This document shows positions 61,679 through 64,000 of a DNA stretch of 64,000 nt, in pieces. The translations under genes were made by a program, and so were the position numbers. The stretch is taken from sequence record MN895435.1; one strand, given 5' to 3'. Within the stretch, counting starts at the first letter, position 1; each line of letters begins with the position of its first letter. This DNA is from Escherichia phage teqhal. A model generated the notes under the pieces. The model saw nothing but the letters and a program-made list of their open reading frames with translations, did not search any database and was not told the origin of the DNA.

Positions 61679-62305
61679 ATGTATGAATACAAATTTGACG
61701 TGAGAGTTGGTTCTAAAATAATCAACTGTCGCGCATTTACTCTTAAAGAATATCTAGAACTTATTACTGCTAAAAAGAACGGTTCAGTAGAAGAGATCGT
61801 TAAAAAGCTAATTAAAGACTGTACAAATGCAAAAGATTTAAACCGCCAAGAATCAGAACTATTGTTGATTCATTTATGGGCGCATTCTCTTGGAGAAGTT
61901 AATCATGAAAACTCCTGGAAGTGCACCTGCGGAACTGAAATACCAACCCATATAAATCTATTACATACACAAATAGATGCACCAGAAGACCTCTGGTATA
62001 CACTGGGTGACATTAAAATTAAATTCCGATACCCTAAAATTTTTGATGATAAAAATATAGCCCACATGATAGTATCATGTATAGAAACGATTCACGCTAA
62101 CGGGGAAAGCATTCCAGTTGAAGACTTAAATGAAAAAGAGTTGGAAGATTTATATTCTATCATCACAGAGTCAGATATTGTAGCTATAAAAGATATGCTT
62201 TTAAAGCCTACTGTTTATTTGGCTGTTCCAATTAAGTGTCCAGAGTGTGGAAAAACTCACGCTCATGTAATAAGAGGGCTCAAAGAATTCTTTGAGCTAT
62301 TGTAA
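61679..62305 (+). CDS. 26: baseplate hub subunit gp26
   Basis: 208 aa, the T4 gp26 length; Cys motifs CTCGTE ... CPECGK. Confidence 0.8.
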   Translation: MYEYKFDVRVGSKIINCRAFTLKEYLELITAKKNGSVEEIVKKLIKDCTNAKDLNRQESELLLIHLWAHSLGEVNHENSWKCTCGTEIPTHINLLHTQIDAPEDLWYTLGDIKIKFRYPKIFDDKNIAHMIVSCIETIHANGESIPVEDLNEKELEDLYSIITESDIVAIKDMLLKPTVYLAVPIKCPECGKTHAHVIRGLKEFFELL

Positions 62306-62703
62306 TGGCAAATATTAATAAGCTTTATTCTGACATTGACCCAGAAATGAAAATGGATTGGGACAAAGATGTTTCAAGATCTCTTGGATTAAGGTCAATT
62401 AAAAATAGCCTTTTAGGAATTATTACAACCAGGAAAGGGTCAAGGCCATTTGACCCAGAATTTGGATGCGATTTATCTGATCAGCTTTTTGAGAATATGA
62501 CTCCTCTTACTGCTGATACTGTTGAGCGTAACATTGAAAGCGCAGTAAGAAACTACGAGCCACGTATTGATAAATTAGCAGTTAATGTAATACCGGTTTA
62601 TGATGATTATACTCTAATAGTAGAAATACGCTTTTCAGTCATCGATAACCCTGATGATATTGAGCAGATAAAACTGCAACTGGCTTCTAGTAACAGAGTA
62701 TAA
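62305..62703 (+). CDS. 25: baseplate wedge protein gp25
   Basis: 132 aa, the T4 gp25 length; TAATG overlap with gene 26. Confidence 0.85.
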   Translation: MANINKLYSDIDPEMKMDWDKDVSRSLGLRSIKNSLLGIITTRKGSRPFDPEFGCDLSDQLFENMTPLTADTVERNIESAVRNYEPRIDKLAVNVIPVYDDYTLIVEIRFSVIDNPDDIEQIKLQLASSNRV

Positions 62704-62729
62704 TGCTTCACGTATAAACGTGGTATAAT
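62703..62729 (+). promoter_or_regulatory. putative MotA-dependent middle promoter for uvsY
   Basis: MotA-box-like ATGCTTCA about 13 bp upstream of TG-extended TATAAT. Confidence 0.5.
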
Positions 62730-62769
62730 GAATCTAAGTCCATCCAATAACAATTGAATAGAGAACAAT

Positions 62770-63183
62770 ATGAGATTAGAAGATCTTCAAGAAGAATTGA
62801 AGAAAGATGTGTTTATAGATTCGACTAAATTACAGTATGAAGCAGCTAATAATGTGATGTTATATAGTAAATGGCTCAATAAGCATTCAAGTATTAAAAA
62901 GGAAATGCTTAGAATTGAAGCACAGAAAAAAGTTGCTCTTAAAGCTAAATTAGACTACTACTCGGGACGAGGAGATGGTGATGAATTTAGTATGGACCGT
63001 TATGAGAAATCAGAAATGAAGACAGTTCTATCAGCTGATAAGGATGTTTTAAAAGTTGATACTTCATTACAATATTGGGGAATTTTATTGGATTTCTGTA
63101 GCGGAGCTCTTGATGCTATTAAATCACGCGGATTTGCTATTAAGCATATTCAAGACATGCGAGCATTTGAGGCTGGAAAATAA
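62770..63183 (+). CDS. uvsY: UvsY recombination mediator
   Basis: 137 aa, the T4 UvsY length; position after gene 25. Confidence 0.85.
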   Translation: MRLEDLQEELKKDVFIDSTKLQYEAANNVMLYSKWLNKHSSIKKEMLRIEAQKKVALKAKLDYYSGRGDGDEFSMDRYEKSEMKTVLSADKDVLKVDTSLQYWGILLDFCSGALDAIKSRGFAIKHIQDMRAFEAGK

Positions 63184-63407
63184 TGAAATATAGCATTGAT
63201 GATGCTTTTAATTATGAAGAAGAATTCGAAACGGAAATTCAATTCTTAATGAAAAAGTATAATCTCAAGCGTCAGGATATTCGTATCCTGGCCGACCACC
63301 CATGCGGTGAAGATGTACTTTATGTTAAAGGAAAATTTGCTGGATATCTTGATGAATATTTTTATTCTAAAGATATGGGTATTGATATGCATATGAGAGT
63401 TATATAA
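63183..63407 (+). CDS. hypothetical protein, 74 aa (uvsY.-1 position)
   Basis: TAATG overlap with uvsY. Confidence 0.5.
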   Translation: MKYSIDDAFNYEEEFETEIQFLMKKYNLKRQDIRILADHPCGEDVLYVKGKFAGYLDEYFYSKDMGIDMHMRVI

Positions 63408-63435
63408 ATAGATATATAATTTAGAGGAGACAATC

Positions 63436-63603
63436 ATGTCAGATAAGATTTGTGTTGTCTGTAAAACTCCAATCGATTCTGCATTGGTTGTTGAAACAGA
63501 CAAAGGTCCTGTACATCCTGGGCCTTGTTATAATTACATTAAAGAACTACCAGTTTCAGAAAGTTCGGAAGAACAATTAAATGAAACACAACTTTTGCTA
63601 TAG
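63436..63603 (+). CDS. small Cys-containing protein, 55 aa (uvsY.-2 position)
   Basis: GAGGAGACAATCATG RBS; CVVC ... C cysteines; not in ORF track. Confidence 0.4.
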   Translation: MSDKICVVCKTPIDSALVVETDKGPVHPGPCYNYIKELPVSESSEEQLNETQLLL

Positions 63604-63657
63604 TGTGACCTTTAGTCTATAGTTTTGGCCCTTCCTTTTGGTTGGGCCTTTTTTAAT

Positions 63658-63888
63658 TTAAAAGCTTTCTTCTACTTCATCGTCTGAATCTTCTAATTCA
63701 GCTCTTTTTCCTGCCAAAGCATCTCTCACAGAGATGTCATCAGTATCTTTTAATTCAGTTTCTTTAACTCTTTTCTTATAATAAGCTTCAAGTTCTTCTA
63801 GACCTTCTATCGTTTGACAAGAGGCAATTTTACCCATAAATTCATCAATAGAAGCTTCATAAAGAAATTGTTTAAATTCTAGTAACAT
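63658..63888 (-). CDS. uvsW.1: UvsW.1 small acidic protein
   Basis: 76 aa from second Met (MLLEFKQFLYEASIDEFMG...), the T4 UvsW.1 length; acidic C-terminus. Confidence 0.7.
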   Translation of the reverse strand: MLLEFKQFLYEASIDEFMGKIASCQTIEGLEELEAYYKKRVKETELKDTDDISVRDALAGKRAELEDSDDEVEESF

Positions 63889-63913
63889 CTTTTTCTCCAA
63901 AGGGCCGAAGCCC

Positions 63914-64000
63914 TTATAAATTAACTGTTTTCATTACGTAATTAAATTTTTCATCTGCGTAGCGCTGAATACGATCAATGCCGTGTTTTAAAAGATAGTT
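63914..64000 (-). CDS. 3' end of a gene running off the window (probably uvsW helicase, by synteny)
   Basis: - strand frame open from the window end to a stop at 63914..63916; encodes ...NYLLKHGIDRIQRYADEKFNYVMKTVNL. Confidence 0.4.
   Translation of the reverse strand, partial: NYLLKHGIDRIQRYADEKFNYVMKTVNL

Overview
This 64 kb window reads as a contiguous segment of a T4-like (T-even, Tequatrovirus-type) phage genome, in reverse-complement orientation to the standard T4 map. Gene order, protein lengths and several N-terminal sequences match T4 from the gene 39 / rIIA-rIIB region through uvsY / uvsW.1. Identities come from recalled T4 protein sizes, sequences and synteny; no database search was possible, and promoter, terminator and hairpin coordinates were located by eye. 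Layout: + strand early/middle genes (topoisomerase large subunit 39, rIIA, rIIB, denB, ndd, stp, ac, 52, motA, arn, asiA); then a - strand late block (t holin, 38, 37, 36, 35, 34); then + strand replication and nucleotide-metabolism genes (rnh, dsbA, 33, 59, 32, frd, td, nrdA, nrdB, denA, rnlA, alc, pseT, cd, 31, rIII, 30); two tandem Alt-type ADP-ribosyltransferase genes; - strand baseplate hub genes (54, 48, 29, 28, 27, 51); and + strand 26, 25, uvsY. The phage looks T2-like rather than T4 itself: a single 605-606 aa topoisomerase subunit with no gene 60 bypass, uninterrupted td and nrdB, no homing-endonuclease ORFs at the usual T4 sites, and a 261 aa glycine-rich gp38 adhesin. The most interesting candidates are a NADAR/YbiA-like ORF in a GC-rich patch beside the two Alt paralogs, repeated promoter-plus-hairpin cassettes, and clusters of tiny membrane peptides and lipoproteins. 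No tRNA, rRNA, CRISPR or transposon features were seen.
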